The notes beneath the pieces were generated by a model. The model did not search any database, was not told the origin of the DNA, and worked only from the letters and a program-made list of their open reading frames with translations. Made by a program: the position numbers and the translations under genes. This document shows, piece by piece, positions 51,511 through 62,194 of a stretch of 64,000 nucleotides of DNA. The stretch is from an uncultured Candidatus Saccharibacteria bacterium. Its GTDB lineage: Bacteria > Patescibacteriota > Minisyncoccia > Phycocordibacterales > PALSA-1337. The stretch's first letter is position 1, and the number at the start of each line of letters is the position of its first letter. The stretch covers positions 4,339-68,338 of the forward strand of contig CAZVQB010000002.1 of the NCBI GenBank assembly GCA_964629235.1, written 5' to 3'.

Positions 51511-52492
51511 TATTCTCCCAACTATGAACCCAATTAAACTTTTTTACCTTATCAGCTTGCAGCTTCCTATTTTTTGGATCAGATATCCAGACAATCTTTT
51601 CAATTATGTCATTTTTATTCATTGGATCTATAAAAATTGCGCAATCTTTTACTCTATCTGATATACCATTCTCCTTTGTAAGAATAAAAGGGGTACCGAC
51701 TCTTATTGCATCAAAAATCATATTTGGACTTATGTCCCCAATAGAATTTAAAATAACAGCATAAGATCGTCTCATTCTCTCTTGGAAATTATCATAAACT
51801 GCTTTTGTGGTATCGAATTCAATATCATCAAAACCTTTTCCTCTGACTTTATCTTGAGCAATTTTGAATGCATCTCTAAGTGATTCCAAGTTTTTCCATT
51901 TCAAATCTCTCGTACCAGCAACAAAGACTCTATTCTCTGGCTCAATTTGTTCATCTCTTTCTCCACAAAAATTCTCAACAATCGTACTCTTCTTTGAATC
52001 AAGACTATATACTTTTTCAAAAATATCCTTTTGCCACTTCGTACTAAAGATTATTGCCGAAGCATTCCTCATAGAATCACCACCGACTTTAAATATCACT
52101 TTCTCTTTTTTAGAAAGTTTATTTAGTGATGTATTATAAAAATCTTTAAATAGAACCAAGTCGCCGGTTCTTTCTACATATGTTTCCCATAAGAAATCCC
52201 CTCCAGTTCTTATGATATATTTTTTTCTCATAAGCTTACATGCATACATTGTAGGTACTGCTGCACTCCATGTATCGAGTACAAGGATCAAATCTGCATT
52301 CCAACCTTTTCTAAAAATCTTTAGAAAAAATAGAAAATGTCTGAGAAATTTTGGGAATGCTCTCTCCCAACGATATGCAGCAACTTTTACATCATGACCC
52401 TGCTTTTTCCAGGTTTCATAAAGATTCCTAGCATATTGAGCTGAACCCCCAATATCTGGTGGGTATATACCTGATGAAATTAGAATTTTCAT
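51470..52492 (-). CDS. Glycosyltransferase, GT-B fold (GT4-like)
   Basis: MKILISSGIYPPDIGGSAQYARNL N-terminus; overlaps the downstream gene by 41 nt. Confidence 0.6.
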   Translation of the reverse strand: MKILISSGIYPPDIGGSAQYARNLYETWKKQGHDVKVAAYRWERAFPKFLRHFLFFLKIFRKGWNADLILVLDTWSAAVPTMYACKLMRKKYIIRTGGDFLWETYVERTGDLVLFKDFYNTSLNKLSKKEKVIFKVGGDSMRNASAIIFSTKWQKDIFEKVYSLDSKKSTIVENFCGERDEQIEPENRVFVAGTRDLKWKNLESLRDAFKIAQDKVRGKGFDDIEFDTTKAVYDNFQERMRRSYAVILNSIGDISPNMIFDAIRVGTPFILTKENGISDRVKDCAIFIDPMNKNDIIEKIVWISDPKNRKLQADKVKKFNWVHSWENIGNEIISIYERIK

Positions 52493-53679
52493 ATTACCTT
52501 TAAGAATACCTTATTCTTCATATCACTTGCAATAAGGTTCCACTGATACTTTCTTTCCACCATATCCAAAGCATTTTTAACTATTTTTTCTTTTAAACTT
52601 TTATCATTCAGAAGCATTTCAACTTTCCAGGCTATACTTTTTGGATTCTTTACTTCACAAAAAAGACCTGTTTCTCCATCTTTAAGAAAATCTACTATTC
52701 CTCCAACTGGTGTTGCTATTACAGGAATTCCTGCCGCCATTGCTTCTATATATGAATTACCAAAACCCTCAGACAAAGATGGTCTTATAAATATATCTGA
52801 TATGTGTAAATACTTTGGCATATCTTCATGTTTAACAAAACCCAAGAAAATTACTCTATTTTCGAGATTCAATTTCTTTACTCTTTGCTTTAACATTTCT
52901 TCTTCATGACCAGTACCCAAGACAAGGAATTTCACATTTTCTGGTAGATAAGTTAGAGAGTCGATAATATCTATAGTTGCATTTTTTTCAACCAATCTAC
53001 TTGTGGTTACCAAGAAAATGTCTTTATCTTTTTTATTTAAACTCTTTTTCAAATTACTCAATTCATTTTCACTTTTTATATTTGAAAATAAAGAAAAATT
53101 AACACCATTTGGTATGACAATTATCGGGGATTTCGTTCCCATATTTTTTGACCACATTGATAAGAAATTCGATATCACTTGAACCATATCTGCTTTTCCA
53201 AAAATTTTTGTAAAAAATGTCTTAAATATTCCTTGGCGAATTTTAAAATTATCACCCTCTTGTATTGAAAGAACAAATGGAATGTTTTTATTAAATATTT
53301 TAAATAAATAGCAAGTAAATCCTGCATAACTTGCCATCATTGACCATACTAAATCGTATTTATTTTTCCTATGTAGTTGTAATGCTTTTATAAGAGCGAA
53401 GATTGGAAAAATTAACTTAGATAATGGGAATATCTTTGAACTTTTTGTATTGCTACCAAACCAAGGTAAACCAACTCTATATACATTTATATTCCCTATT
53501 CTTTCAAACTTAGGAGCTTGTTTCCTCAAGGTTATCATATCAAATTCAATATCAGATGGAATGATTCGATCTGTAATTTCTTTAATTGCTATTTCTGCTC
53601 CACCTATGAATCTTGGATAGTAAACTAGAGAAAAAATGAGTATTTTCTTACTTTTTTGTTCATTTTTAGCTTGTTCCAT
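52489..53679 (-). CDS. Glycosyltransferase family 4
   Basis: EGFGNSYIEAMAAGIPVIATPVGG. Confidence 0.75.
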   Translation of the reverse strand: MEQAKNEQKSKKILIFSLVYYPRFIGGAEIAIKEITDRIIPSDIEFDMITLRKQAPKFERIGNINVYRVGLPWFGSNTKSSKIFPLSKLIFPIFALIKALQLHRKNKYDLVWSMMASYAGFTCYLFKIFNKNIPFVLSIQEGDNFKIRQGIFKTFFTKIFGKADMVQVISNFLSMWSKNMGTKSPIIVIPNGVNFSLFSNIKSENELSNLKKSLNKKDKDIFLVTTSRLVEKNATIDIIDSLTYLPENVKFLVLGTGHEEEMLKQRVKKLNLENRVIFLGFVKHEDMPKYLHISDIFIRPSLSEGFGNSYIEAMAAGIPVIATPVGGIVDFLKDGETGLFCEVKNPKSIAWKVEMLLNDKSLKEKIVKNALDMVERKYQWNLIASDMKNKVFLKVI

Positions 53680-53683
53680 TTTA

Positions 53684-55507
53684 TTACTTTACCTTAAGTA
53701 CATCACGAAGTACATCTTCAGGAACCTCTCTTTTTGTGTCACTTTTTTCCTGATGATTTGTATGACTTTTATGCACTTCATTTGGTTTATGGCTATTTTG
53801 AGTATTGGTTTGATTTATACTGTTTAAATCTTTTTTAATATGTTCATCTTTATGTGCCAAAACTGATGCCAAAGCACTCTTCAATTCATTTATCCTTTGT
53901 GGGTGTGCATCCTTATGATGATTGTGAACTTTAGGTATATTTGTTAGGGAATTTAAGGATACTGATTTCAATTTTGGAAGAGTGGGATGTGGCTTTATAT
54001 GATTTACAATCTTTTCTTCAACTTTTTCTTTTTTAATTTCTTCTTTATGAACTATTGGGTTTGGATGATTATCCACAATTTTCGTATTGTCTTGCAAATT
54101 TTGATTTATAGGTTGTGTAGCTAATTGAACTGTAGGTTTTGGAGTAGGTGTTAGTGTTGGATTAGGCGCTGGTGTTGAAGTCCCCGCTGGTAAAGGATTT
54201 TTAGGGGTAATAATAGGTTTTATTGGCGCTAACCAAAGTTCAATCTTCTTTTCTACATCCACTCTCTTACTTGCAAATTGTCTTCTTGATTCTTCAATCA
54301 CCGCAGTTGCATTAGACTTCTCTGGTAGAGGAATAGGTGGCAATGTAGTAGCAGAAAATGGTGACGAACTAATACCATCGATCATCAATTTCAAATATAT
54401 TTGAAATATTCCAAGATTCACAATATCTTCAGCAGTAAACTGTGGTGCAAATTCTTTTTCCAAGACTTCTGCATCATAAGCACCCACACGGAATACAATC
54501 ATAGTTCCAACGTTTCCGAAGACCGCAGCTCTAACCTCCTCTTCCATTTGCTCTATGTACTGATGAGCCATTGTAAGATTTAATTTATATTTTCTGGCTT
54601 CAGAAAGAATATCTGCGAAGGATTCATTTGCAAAAGACTGGAATTCATCTACGAATAGATAGAAGTTTGGAAGTTTTTTTATAACATTATCAGAAACATC
54701 TGCACGAGATAGCGCAGCTAGATATATCTTGGTTATTATCATTCCTCCCAAAAGATTGGCATTTGATTCCCCGATTCTTCCTTTTGACAGGTTCACTATG
54801 AAGATCTTACTCTTATCCATCATTTCACGAATATTAAAAGAGGATTTAGGTTGACCGATCATATTTCGTATCAAAGCATTTGCTGTAAACTGACCGATTT
54901 TATTTTGAATTGCAGGAACAGCTTCGGCAGCCATTCTTTCTGTATAGTTTGCAAACTCTTGTACCCAGAATGATTTTACGGATGGATCAGTAACACACGC
55001 CACTACTTGTTTTCTAAACTCTTTATCTGAAAGCATTCTATTTACTCCAAGTAGAGTTGCATCAGGATATTCAAGTAAAGCCAGAAGAGTATTTGTAAGG
55101 ATATACTCCATTCTCGCTGACCAAGCGTCTTGCCAGATTTTTTTAAATGTACTCATGAGCCCTGATACAACCAGATGTCTTTTATCATGATCAACATTTT
55201 CAAGTACATTAAATGATATAGGGTAATCCATATCAAAAGGTGCAAAGTACACAACATCCTGCCTTCTATTCTCAGGAATATACTCTAGTAGCAATTCTGC
55301 TGTCTTACCGTGAGGATCAAGGAAAGCCATACCTTCCCCATTTTTTATATCTTGCACAGCCATGTTTTCAAGTAAAGTGGATTTACCCATACCTGTCTTA
55401 CCTATTACATAGACATGCTTTGTTCTATCTTTGGCTTTAATACCAAAATTTACCTTTTTATTTCTGGCATCAGTTTGACCAAAATATGTAATCTTTTCTT
55501 CATTCAT
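53684..55507 (-). CDS. VirD4/TraG/TrwB-like P-loop ATPase (T4SS coupling-protein family), with no N-terminal TM helices and a PT-rich/His-rich C-terminal tail
   Basis: Walker A VIGKTGMGKST, a Walker B-like FVDEF, and a TraG-D_C-like central region. The C-terminus reads NPLPAGTSTPAPNPTLTPTPKPT followed by a H/K/N-rich tail. Confidence 0.55.
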   Translation of the reverse strand: MNEEKITYFGQTDARNKKVNFGIKAKDRTKHVYVIGKTGMGKSTLLENMAVQDIKNGEGMAFLDPHGKTAELLLEYIPENRRQDVVYFAPFDMDYPISFNVLENVDHDKRHLVVSGLMSTFKKIWQDAWSARMEYILTNTLLALLEYPDATLLGVNRMLSDKEFRKQVVACVTDPSVKSFWVQEFANYTERMAAEAVPAIQNKIGQFTANALIRNMIGQPKSSFNIREMMDKSKIFIVNLSKGRIGESNANLLGGMIITKIYLAALSRADVSDNVIKKLPNFYLFVDEFQSFANESFADILSEARKYKLNLTMAHQYIEQMEEEVRAAVFGNVGTMIVFRVGAYDAEVLEKEFAPQFTAEDIVNLGIFQIYLKLMIDGISSSPFSATTLPPIPLPEKSNATAVIEESRRQFASKRVDVEKKIELWLAPIKPIITPKNPLPAGTSTPAPNPTLTPTPKPTVQLATQPINQNLQDNTKIVDNHPNPIVHKEEIKKEKVEEKIVNHIKPHPTLPKLKSVSLNSLTNIPKVHNHHKDAHPQRINELKSALASVLAHKDEHIKKDLNSINQTNTQNSHKPNEVHKSHTNHQEKSDTKREVPEDVLRDVLKVK

Positions 55508-55559
55508 ATGGAGTTCTATATGTATAATATTTTACCATGGTTTTTTATATTAAGTATAG

Positions 55560-57125
55560 TTAATTATGTTTGTATATTGTAAATAAATTATCACCATATA
55601 CCCTCTTCAAATTTGAGTATTTTAACAGATCATTGTGATTATCTTGTATAATATATTGAATATCGTATTTTTCTAGGTTTTTTAATATCTTTTCTTTTAT
55701 ATTTGAACTCATAGCATCATAAATTCTGTCTGGTTTTGATATCCATTGACCAGCATATAATGTCCAAAAAACATAATTTCTTGAATAAAGTGGAATGTAC
55801 TGTGAAAGAGATTCCGGGGCAATAAATACGGAGTCTTTGGAGTTAGATTTTATCCATTCAAGTATGGGGATGTATCTTTGAATGTAAATAGTATAGTCTA
55901 GAGAATTTTTATATGAATTAATTTGGATCAAAATCGAATTAACAATACAAAGAATAGATAGTAAGAATATTATTGCAATACTGGTTTTTGATTTTGTATT
56001 ATCTCTTAAAAATTCTTTAATAAAATAAATTACAACAATAACCAAAATCGGACTGAATACATACATTTCAAAATGACTATATTGCATTACAAGTCCAGTT
56101 AGAACATGCTCATTTCTAGTTAAAAAACATGCAGATATTAGGCCTGAAATAAATATAAATTCATCACTGATGATTTTACTTCTTTTATAAACCAGAAAGA
56201 GCAGAATGAAGCAGACTACAAAAATTGATACACCAAATAGACTGACATCCGGAACATGACTCATCCTTAGGTATTCATGTGGAATAGTTAAATAGTATTC
56301 ATGTGACATCAGATTAACAATTTGATAAAAGACTGGAATAGCCAATAACATACCTAATGCGAAACTAACAACAAGACCCTTAAGTTTGTCGGATTCCTTT
56401 CTAAAAAAATAAATCCCGATAAGAACTAAATTTAGGACAGTTAAATACGCATAGGTAAAAAAATAAATATAGAATGATATACAGAAGAAAATACCGAGGA
56501 TGATATACCATAGTCTAGTATTCTTTTTAATTGCCAAAAATAAAATATTCAGATACAAAAGAAAATATAATGAGCTAAATTGTGGATTAACCGGTCTGGA
56601 GAATATCAAAAACTGATTTTCCTCTACTCTAAACCTAAATAAATTGATGAGATCGTGAATATTTAGTAAATCCTCAAAATTTAGAAGATTATACCCCAAA
56701 ACGATTAATAGGGATCCTAAAATAGACAGAGGCGAATCTTTAGCGATTCTATTGATAATTAAATAAGATAAAATAAAAATAATGATTGGCAATACGAATT
56801 CATATACAATTTTTAAATCTAAAATATTTATATTCATCAAGATGCCTGGCATTGCTAGTATCATTGATGAAAGAGATGAATCGAAGTGTGGAAAATTATA
56901 GCCATACTCTTTTATAAAAGGATTACAATTAAACGTACAACCACTGTATACTCCGTGAATTTTATTTAGGTACAATGACTCTGCATCGGTATTCATTATT
57001 GGTATACCACTAAAACTAGCACTATTTATAAAGAGAATATTTGGAATTACATAAATAACACCACACATAATAGCAGCAACAAGTACTAAGAGTAATTTCT
57101 TTGAAATCATAAATAAATTATACAT
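55560..57125 (-). CDS. Polytopic membrane protein (about 12 TM) with a C-terminal soluble domain, directly downstream of the pilin gene
   Basis: The 521-aa ORF has no recognisable catalytic motif. It occupies the position held by the pilin O-oligosaccharyltransferase gene in some type IV pilin loci. Confidence 0.4.
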   Translation of the reverse strand: MYNLFMISKKLLLVLVAAIMCGVIYVIPNILFINSASFSGIPIMNTDAESLYLNKIHGVYSGCTFNCNPFIKEYGYNFPHFDSSLSSMILAMPGILMNINILDLKIVYEFVLPIIIFILSYLIINRIAKDSPLSILGSLLIVLGYNLLNFEDLLNIHDLINLFRFRVEENQFLIFSRPVNPQFSSLYFLLYLNILFLAIKKNTRLWYIILGIFFCISFYIYFFTYAYLTVLNLVLIGIYFFRKESDKLKGLVVSFALGMLLAIPVFYQIVNLMSHEYYLTIPHEYLRMSHVPDVSLFGVSIFVVCFILLFLVYKRSKIISDEFIFISGLISACFLTRNEHVLTGLVMQYSHFEMYVFSPILVIVVIYFIKEFLRDNTKSKTSIAIIFLLSILCIVNSILIQINSYKNSLDYTIYIQRYIPILEWIKSNSKDSVFIAPESLSQYIPLYSRNYVFWTLYAGQWISKPDRIYDAMSSNIKEKILKNLEKYDIQYIIQDNHNDLLKYSNLKRVYGDNLFTIYKHN

Positions 57126-57152
57126 TAAAAAACACCCATAGGGTGTTTTTTA
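57126..57152. terminator. Bidirectional rho-independent terminator downstream of the pilin gene
   Basis: AAAAAACACCC-ATA-GGGTGTTTTTT. Confidence 0.6.
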
Positions 57153-57179
57153 ATGTATACAAAATACTAATAAATAGTA

Positions 57180-57659
57180 TTAAGACGCAGGACAAGCATA
57201 AGTTGAAGCGGCAAGAGCTGTTGTAACTTGTCTTGAAGCTCCTGTACTATCTACACACCAAGCTACTATTGCTCCAGACGCTGAAGCCTTAAGTGGAACG
57301 ATTGCTGCCCAAGCTGTTGATGAATCGTGGCATTGTGATGTGTTATATGTTGAAGCAGTACCATCAGCTAAAGTTGGTGCAGCAACTCCATAAGCAGCAT
57401 TCGCAGCAATAACACTATCACCAATAACATTTGCTCCTGTTAGTGCACATACACCATCGTATGATGATGTTCCATTATCATAGAACAATTCAGCCTCTGC
57501 TCTAGCGCCAGATAGGTTTGACTTTACAGCAGTATCAGCTCCCTTTGAACGTGCTGTGTTTAGTGAAGCCAAAACAACTGATGACAATATACCGATAATA
57601 GCGATAACTACAAGCAACTCAATCAATGTAAAACCTTTTTGCAAATATGATTTCTTCAT
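57180..57659 (-). CDS. pilA: Type IV pilin (prepilin, class III signal peptide)
   Basis: MKKSYLQKG/FTLIELLVVIAIIGIL, the prepilin peptidase site G/F with Glu+5. The C-terminal domain has two Cys pairs and is Ser/Thr/Ala-rich. Confidence 0.85.
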   Translation of the reverse strand: MKKSYLQKGFTLIELLVVIAIIGILSSVVLASLNTARSKGADTAVKSNLSGARAEAELFYDNGTSSYDGVCALTGANVIGDSVIAANAAYGVAAPTLADGTASTYNTSQCHDSSTAWAAIVPLKASASGAIVAWCVDSTGASRQVTTALAASTYACPAS

Positions 57660-57766
57660 AACGAAATAATTAACTTAATAAATAAACTAATAATTAACTT
57701 ATGCCGTAAGTATATCAAACCTCAAAAAAATAGTGCAATATCGTTTGGGGATAAGTATAGGACAAC

Positions 57767-58975
57767 TTATTGCGAACTAGCCACGTTGTAAATAGGTATA
57801 AGGACTGAAGCGAGCAAAGTAGCAACACCAAGTCCAAGTAGAACGATCATAGCTGGTTCTATAAGATCTACTAGAGCATCAACAGCAGTTACAACTTCTC
57901 TTGAATAAAATTTAGCCAAAGTTTTAAGTATTGCTCCAAGTTCTCCTGATTCTTCACCAACTCTCATCATTTGAATCATAATTCCAGGAATTTCTCCATT
58001 ACCAGATAGAGCTTCTGACACTGTCTTTCCTGCTTTTACTGAATCTACCGCATCAGAGATTATTTTTTTATATATACTATTGTTAATAACTGAAGAAGTA
58101 AGCTCCAATGATCTAATCATAGGAATTCCAGACATAAGCATAGTATTCATATTGTCAGAAAGTCTAGCCCAGTATAGTTTTCTAAAAAGATTACTTAAAT
58201 AAGGGATATTGAGCTTAAATTGATCGAAGACAATTGCTCCACTAGGTGTTCTTACATATTTTACAACTATAAACCCTACGATCATGACAACAGCGAGCAT
58301 AATAAAACCATTTGCAACCATAAAATTACTAATTCCCAAAACTATTTTTGTATAAATTGGTATATCCTGACCAGACTCAGTCAAAATTGCACTAATCTTT
58401 GGTATAACCATAGTAAACATGAGTATCATCACAGTTATAAAAGTCATCATAACGAAAGCTGGATATATAAGTGCGCTCTTTGCTTTTGATACAAGTTCAT
58501 ATGTTCTATCTAGATAATCAGCTAGATATGCAAAAGTTTCATTGAGTTTACCAGATTCTTCACCTGCTTTTACCATACTCACGTAAAACTCTGAAAATAC
58601 CTTTGGATGCTTTTCAAGTGCACCAGATATCTGACTTCCTGCTTGTAGATCATCAGCTATTTGAATCAATTTTGCACCCAAAACTTTATTTTCACTTTCT
58701 GCACCTAAAAGTCTAAATATTCTCAAAGCAGAAACTTGTGCTTCAAAAAGTGTTGCCAACTGCCTTGAAAGAATAACTATATCTTTGTTTGAAACCCTAT
58801 CAAGAAAAGATAGATTCATTGAAAGTAATCCTGTCTTTTTATCTGCTTCGTTTATAGAAGTAATCACCAAACCTCTTCTCTGTAGAGATGCAATAGCGAT
58901 ATCAACATTTGCAGCATCTATAGAGCCTTTTTGTGGTGTTCCAGCTTGATCTACTGATTGATAATTAAAAAGCAT
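57767..58975 (-). CDS. pilC: Type IV pilus platform protein PilC (GspF family)
   Basis: The 402-aa ORF has two T2SSF repeats and 3 TM helices. Confidence 0.85.
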   Translation of the reverse strand: MLFNYQSVDQAGTPQKGSIDAANVDIAIASLQRRGLVITSINEADKKTGLLSMNLSFLDRVSNKDIVILSRQLATLFEAQVSALRIFRLLGAESENKVLGAKLIQIADDLQAGSQISGALEKHPKVFSEFYVSMVKAGEESGKLNETFAYLADYLDRTYELVSKAKSALIYPAFVMMTFITVMILMFTMVIPKISAILTESGQDIPIYTKIVLGISNFMVANGFIMLAVVMIVGFIVVKYVRTPSGAIVFDQFKLNIPYLSNLFRKLYWARLSDNMNTMLMSGIPMIRSLELTSSVINNSIYKKIISDAVDSVKAGKTVSEALSGNGEIPGIMIQMMRVGEESGELGAILKTLAKFYSREVVTAVDALVDLIEPAMIVLLGLGVATLLASVLIPIYNVASSQ

Positions 58976-58985
58976 TGTAAAAATA

Positions 58986-60044
58986 TTATATCATTCTTTC
59001 TAAATTTTTTGGATTAACTGAATTTATATATGCATTCTCAGGACTAATCTCTCCTCTTCTTACGAGTTCGGCTAGTGAACGATTCATATCAATCATACCT
59101 TCTGCAGAACTTGTCTCTATAACAGTATTTATTTCATGTATTCTTTTTTCTCGAATAAGATTTGCTACAGCGGAATTGTTTATCAAAAGTTCATATGCAG
59201 GTATTAGACCGCCTGATATTCTAGGAATCAATCTTTGAGAGAAAATACCAGTCATACTTCCAGCAAGTTGTACTCTTATCTGATCCTGTTGCGAAGCTGG
59301 GAAAGAGTCGATGATACGGTTAATTGTCTGTGATGCTGTATTTGTATGTAGAGTTGAGAATACCAAGTGACCTGTTTCAGCTGCTGTTACTGCTGTAGAT
59401 ATAGTCTCTGGATCTCTCATTTCACCTACCAAAGCAACATCTATATCCTCTCGAAACATCGCAATCAAAGCATTCTTGAAGTCTGGTGTATCTATTCTAA
59501 CCTCTCTTTGATCAATAATGGATTTCTTCGATTCATAAATATACTCGATAGGATCTTCGATTGTCATGATATGTTCATTTCTAGTTTGATTTATTATTTC
59601 AATCAAAGAAGCCAAAGTCGTACTCTTTCCTTGCCCAATCGGACCTACACATAAAAAGAATCCTTGTTGTTTTCTAGTAAAAGATTCAAGGATAGGTGGG
59701 AGATTCAACTCTGTAAGAGTTTTGATTTGTTTTGGAATAAGTCTAAGTGCAATAGATATAAGTCCTTGCCTGTAGTATGCATTTCCACGAAATCTTGCAT
59801 TTGTTAGACTGTAAGAAAAGTCTACATCTTTATCTTTAGCAAAGAGTTCTTTATTTTCATCAGAAAGAAAAGTATTTATATAACCTTTCATATCTGCTGC
59901 TGTAATGACAGATTTCTTAGCTAGAGGTATAAGACTTCCAGAGACTCGAATAAGCGGATTTCTACCTTCAGAAAGATGAAGGTCTGATGCGCCTTCATTT
60001 ATCACTGTTGTAACAAGTTCTTCTATATCTCTTTTATAATCCAT
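58986..60044 (-). CDS. pilT: Type IV pilus retraction ATPase PilT
   Basis: Walker A GPIGQGKST, DPIEY, the Asp box, and AIRNLIRE-like ANLIREKRIHEI. Confidence 0.9.
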   Translation of the reverse strand: MDYKRDIEELVTTVINEGASDLHLSEGRNPLIRVSGSLIPLAKKSVITAADMKGYINTFLSDENKELFAKDKDVDFSYSLTNARFRGNAYYRQGLISIALRLIPKQIKTLTELNLPPILESFTRKQQGFFLCVGPIGQGKSTTLASLIEIINQTRNEHIMTIEDPIEYIYESKKSIIDQREVRIDTPDFKNALIAMFREDIDVALVGEMRDPETISTAVTAAETGHLVFSTLHTNTASQTINRIIDSFPASQQDQIRVQLAGSMTGIFSQRLIPRISGGLIPAYELLINNSAVANLIREKRIHEINTVIETSSAEGMIDMNRSLAELVRRGEISPENAYINSVNPKNLERMI

Positions 60045-60064
60045 ATGATTTAATTATGAAAAAA

Positions 60065-60451
60065 CTATTTTTTAATATGTGAACAAATCTTCTCTACCTC
60101 AGACATAACTTCAGAAGGAATTGTTGTTGCTTTTATTATATAACCATCTACATTCAAAGCTTTAGCTCTAGCGATATCATCAGGAAGGCCTTGATTTGTT
60201 AACATAATTATAACTGATTTTTTTACCAAACCCTCTTTTCTTAAATTTGAAAGTAATTCGATACCATCCATTCCTGGCATTACAATATCTAAAAGTAAAA
60301 TATCTGGTTCCAATCCATCTCTAATCAACTTCAATGCCTCTTCCGTATCTGCTGATGTATGAACTATAAAATCATTCTTTGAAAATTTCAGAGAATACAT
60401 ATCTAACAGAAACTTATCATCATCTACAAAAAGTATTGAGCGTGGTTTCAT
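60065..60451 (-). CDS. CheY-like single-domain response regulator embedded in the pilus operon
   Basis: FVDDD, ILLLDIVMPGMDG, and the T/K positions (MLTNQ, IIKA). Confidence 0.85.
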   Translation of the reverse strand: MKPRSILFVDDDKFLLDMYSLKFSKNDFIVHTSADTEEALKLIRDGLEPDILLLDIVMPGMDGIELLSNLRKEGLVKKSVIIMLTNQGLPDDIARAKALNVDGYIIKATTIPSEVMSEVEKICSHIKK

Positions 60452-60473
60452 GTATATATTATATCATAATAAA

Positions 60474-62189
60474 TTAGAGCTTATTCACTTCTTCAAATGG
60501 TATTTTCTTTTCAAATGCCTTTAGCATTGCATCTTCCTTCATAGTAATCATACCTTTTTGCCTTAACAATCTACTTATTTCTAATTCAGTAGGACTCTTC
60601 AGAATCACATTTTCTATTTCTTTATCCATTTTGAATATTTCAAATATCGCCATACGTCCTCTAGTACCCTTTGGACAGTCTGGAGTCGGCTCTATTCCAT
60701 ATACTGTATCTGAAAAAGGTATTTCTTTTTTGAATTGTTCTGGTAAATCAGAAAATTGTTTATCAATCATCATTTTTATACTTCCATCTACCGGTATTGG
60801 TTTTCCTGCTCCAGGTGGGAATGTAGAAACAAGTCTTTGAGCAATAGCTAGAATAAGGGTAGGGGCAATAAGATACGGATCTACTCCCATGTCTATAAGA
60901 CGCGGAATAACACCAGCAGAGTTGTTGGTGTGTAGAGTTGAGAATACCAAGTGACCAGTAAGCGCAGCTTGCACAGCAAGCTGCGCAGTCTCTTTGTCTC
61001 GGATCTCACCCACCATGATTATATCTGGATCTTGTCTAAGTGTTGTTCTAAGTCCAGATGCGAAAGTATAACCAATCTCGGGATGAACTTGTGATTGACT
61101 CACACCATCCATATTGTATTCAATCGGATCTTCAAGAGAAAGAACATTCATAGTCTCTCGATCGACTTCATTTAACATAGAATATAGAGTTGTTGATTTT
61201 CCGGAACCTGTTGGACCAGTAATGAGAATAAGTCCGTATGGCCTTGTAATTGCATCTTTTATCAAAGCGAGATTCTTTGGTGTTAAACTCATATCATCAA
61301 TCTTTTTTACTCCTTTTTCTTGATCAAGGATACGCATCACAACTTTTTCTCCATAATATGCTGGGAATGTTGAAACTCGGAAGTCGATTTTTCTTCCATC
61401 TATACGAGCAGAGAATCTACCGTCTTGTGGTTTTCTCTTTTCATCAAGTTTCATATTACACAAAACCTTAATACGAGCCACAACCGCATTGTGTACTTGA
61501 GGTGGAAGAACCAAACTTGTGTTTAAAGTACCATCCACACGGAATCTAACACGAACTTTATCTCTCATATGTTCTATATGAACGTCAGAGGCATTGCCCT
61601 CTGTAGCATATCGGACGATAGTAGCCACAATCTTTATAACAGGAGCATCTTCTATGATAACTGCATCATTTTTCTTTTCAGTTTTACTTTGGGCAATATC
61701 AATAGTTGCTGCTTTATCTACAGATAGTACAGATTCTAGTTCAGTAAGAGCCTTTGACACTTCTCCACCGATACCTTTGTATGAATCGATTACCTTTTGA
61801 AAATCATCAATAGTAATCAAAAAAACTTTATAAGGAATATTTTTTTTAGAAGCAATAAAATTCAAAGCGTCTCTAGCTTCAATATTGTCCGGATCGACAA
61901 TTCCAACTTCTAGAGTGCTATCGTGTAACCCAATTGGTACGAATTTATAATGTTTTGCTGATTCTTCAGGAATATAATCTAGTGCTTCAAAAGGCACAAG
62001 AGTATCACCTAGGGCTTTTACTGGAATATTCAGGAATTCACCCCTTGCTGTAAGAATATCTTCAGGTCTGATGCCTTTTTCAATTAGTATTTTATCCAAA
62101 GCCTCACCTTTTGCAGCGATTTTCTTTATTTCTGCAACATCATCTTTGGTTATAAGATTTTTATTTAGTAAAATATCAACTATACTCAT
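60474..62189 (-). CDS. pilB: Type IV pilus assembly ATPase PilB (GspE family) with N-terminal GSPII_E_N domain
   Basis: Walker A GPTGSGKST, PIEY, the Asp box and His box (TGHLVFSTLHTN). Confidence 0.9.
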   Translation of the reverse strand: MSIVDILLNKNLITKDDVAEIKKIAAKGEALDKILIEKGIRPEDILTARGEFLNIPVKALGDTLVPFEALDYIPEESAKHYKFVPIGLHDSTLEVGIVDPDNIEARDALNFIASKKNIPYKVFLITIDDFQKVIDSYKGIGGEVSKALTELESVLSVDKAATIDIAQSKTEKKNDAVIIEDAPVIKIVATIVRYATEGNASDVHIEHMRDKVRVRFRVDGTLNTSLVLPPQVHNAVVARIKVLCNMKLDEKRKPQDGRFSARIDGRKIDFRVSTFPAYYGEKVVMRILDQEKGVKKIDDMSLTPKNLALIKDAITRPYGLILITGPTGSGKSTTLYSMLNEVDRETMNVLSLEDPIEYNMDGVSQSQVHPEIGYTFASGLRTTLRQDPDIIMVGEIRDKETAQLAVQAALTGHLVFSTLHTNNSAGVIPRLIDMGVDPYLIAPTLILAIAQRLVSTFPPGAGKPIPVDGSIKMMIDKQFSDLPEQFKKEIPFSDTVYGIEPTPDCPKGTRGRMAIFEIFKMDKEIENVILKSPTELEISRLLRQKGMITMKEDAMLKAFEKKIPFEEVNKL

Positions 62190-62194
62190 AAATT

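Noticed and set aside
53684-55507. Considered calling an integrative/conjugative mobile element on the basis of the VirD4/TraG-like ATPase
   Set aside because: No relaxase, integrase, VirB4/VirB11 or transposase is present, and there are no flanking repeats or tRNA in the window. GC is not distinct from surrounding genes.
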